Of a stretch of 64,000 nt of DNA, positions 62,517-64,000 are shown piece by piece. Below the pieces are notes generated by a model that did not search any database, had not been told where the DNA came from, and was given only the letters and a program-made list of their open reading frames with translations. Position 1 is the first letter of the stretch, and each line of letters starts with the position of its first letter. Source of the stretch: Octopus sinensis (taxonomy: Eukaryota); assembly GCF_006345805.1 (NCBI RefSeq), contig NW_021830031.1, forward strand, positions 1 through 64,000, read 5' to 3'. The position numbers and the translations under genes were made by a program.

Positions 62517-62925
62517 TCGTGGCTTAGTGATTAGGGTGTTAGACTCATGATCATAAGATAGTGGTTTCGATTCCAGGACCGGGCGATGTGTCGTGTTCTC
62601 GAGCAAAACACTTCATTTCCCCGTTGCTCCAGTCCATTCAACTGGCAAATCTGAGAAAACCCTGCAACGGACCGGCGTTCCGTCCAGGAAGGAGAGTATA
62701 TGCGCGGGGGTTCGTGGCTTAGTGATTAGGGTGTTAGACTCATGATCATAAGATAGTGGTTTCGATTCCAGGACCGGGCGATGTGTCGTGTTCTCGAGCA
62801 AAACACTTCATTTCCCGTTGCTCCAGTCCATTCAACTGGCAAATCTGAGAAAACCCTGCAACGGACCGGTGTTCCGTCCAGGAAGAAGAATATATGCGCC
62901 AAAGAAACCGGGAAAACAGACCCCT
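62517..62925 (+). mobile_element. SINE D with tail 3, tandemly duplicated (period 195 bp)
   Basis: GGCTTAGTGATTAGGG at 62521 and 62716. The copies share private variants (GTGATTAG, CTCGAGC, CCATTCAAC). Confidence 0.9.
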
Positions 62926-63098
62926 ATGCTTCTTCCGAAGTAACGTGGACTAACCAGTGTACCATTCTAGCCATCATCACCGACGTCAAAGTTTTCGACT
63001 CCATTCCCCGCCATCCACTCGATACAAACTGAAATATTCAACACGTCCTTAAGAAACAACACAAAAACACCGGTTAGCAAACTGTCGGGTTACTGAGT

Positions 63099-63466
63099 TT
63101 ACTCTTTACTCTTTTACTTGTTTCAGTCATTTGACTGCGGCCATGCTGGAGCACCACCTTTTAGTACTTATTCTATCGCTCTCTTTTTGCCGAACCGCTA
63201 ATGTGACGGGGACGTAAACACACCAGCATCGGTTGTCAAGCAATGCTAGGGGGACAAACACAGACACACAAACACACACACATATACATATGTATATACA
63301 TATATACGACAGGCTTCTTTCAGTTTCCGTCTACCAAATCCACTCACAAAGCATTGGTCGGCCCGGGGCTATAGCAGAAGACACTTGCCCAAAATGCCAC
63401 GCAGTGGGACTGAACCCGCAACCGTGTGGTTGGTTAGCAAGCTACTTACCACACAGCCACTCCTGT
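63099..63466 (-). mobile_element. SINE A1, full length with a small internal deletion
   Basis: Match to the reference copy. Confidence 0.85.
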
Positions 63467-63743
63467 AGCACACAAGAACAACAGTTTCAGAACCTTCGAA
63501 ATTGCTGGATTGCGTGCCAAAGGGATCTGTCCTTTCACCCGTTCTTTTCAACCTGTAAATTAAACACAACTTCTCCCCACCTAGCACTTCTACAAAACAT
63601 GCAGACAGCTTCATACGCAAATGACATAATATTCACATCCTCCTACCATTCTTCAGACACAGCTGCTCATTTACTTTAGAAGCCTTACTTAAATTACCTG
63701 GCTCCGCGACAACAGCCGTACAGAAGCACCTACCAAAGCTTTT

Positions 63744-63797
<54 letters not shown>

Positions 63798-64000
63798 TCT
63801 TACAGGCAATAATAATACCAGACAGCATCAAATACATACAGCCACCACACGCCCATCGGCATAAACATACCACACATAGAGAAGACACAATACTAGAAGC
63901 TAGATATAATTAACACCTCTACGAACACACACACACTCACACATGCAGTACATCCACAGACAGAAGACTTAGCGAAGGAAGCAAAAACGACGCACAAACC

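Noticed and set aside
63741-63830. Strong-looking + strand acceptor (CT)n-TTACAG|G
   Set aside because: The pyrimidine tract is a plain microsatellite, and the downstream frames are short and low-complexity.

Overview
AT-rich eukaryotic genomic DNA. The repeat families look like those of Octopus (recognised from memory, not by search). I found no intact protein-coding gene, rRNA, true tRNA gene or CRISPR array, and almost all long ORFs in the track are microsatellite artefacts. The window holds five kinds of content. (1) One 5'-truncated RTE-type LINE (34.6-36.2 kb; YADD RT core, three frameshifts) with a C4HC3 PHD-type finger inside ORF2, plus about 20 shorter copies of its 3' end with a (GAT)n tail. 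(2) Fragments of three other non-LTR lineages: RTE-X-like, a second RTE, and a Hero/NeSL-like restriction-like endonuclease. (3) Dozens of tRNA-derived SINEs built from four heads (my labels A, C, D, E) joined to alternative tails. (4) Decayed DNA transposons: piggyBac, IR/DR Tc1, mariner, hAT, and several MITE or foldback palindromes. (5) Large micro- and minisatellite fields and recent tandem duplications. The main leads are the PHD-in-RT LINE, combinatorial SINE head/tail swapping, the LINE 3' UTR seeding minisatellites and abutting (TA)n tracts, several long hairpins, and a duplicated TGCA-rich unique segment. Element boundaries are hand-read and approximate, about +/-10-20 bp unless stated otherwise.
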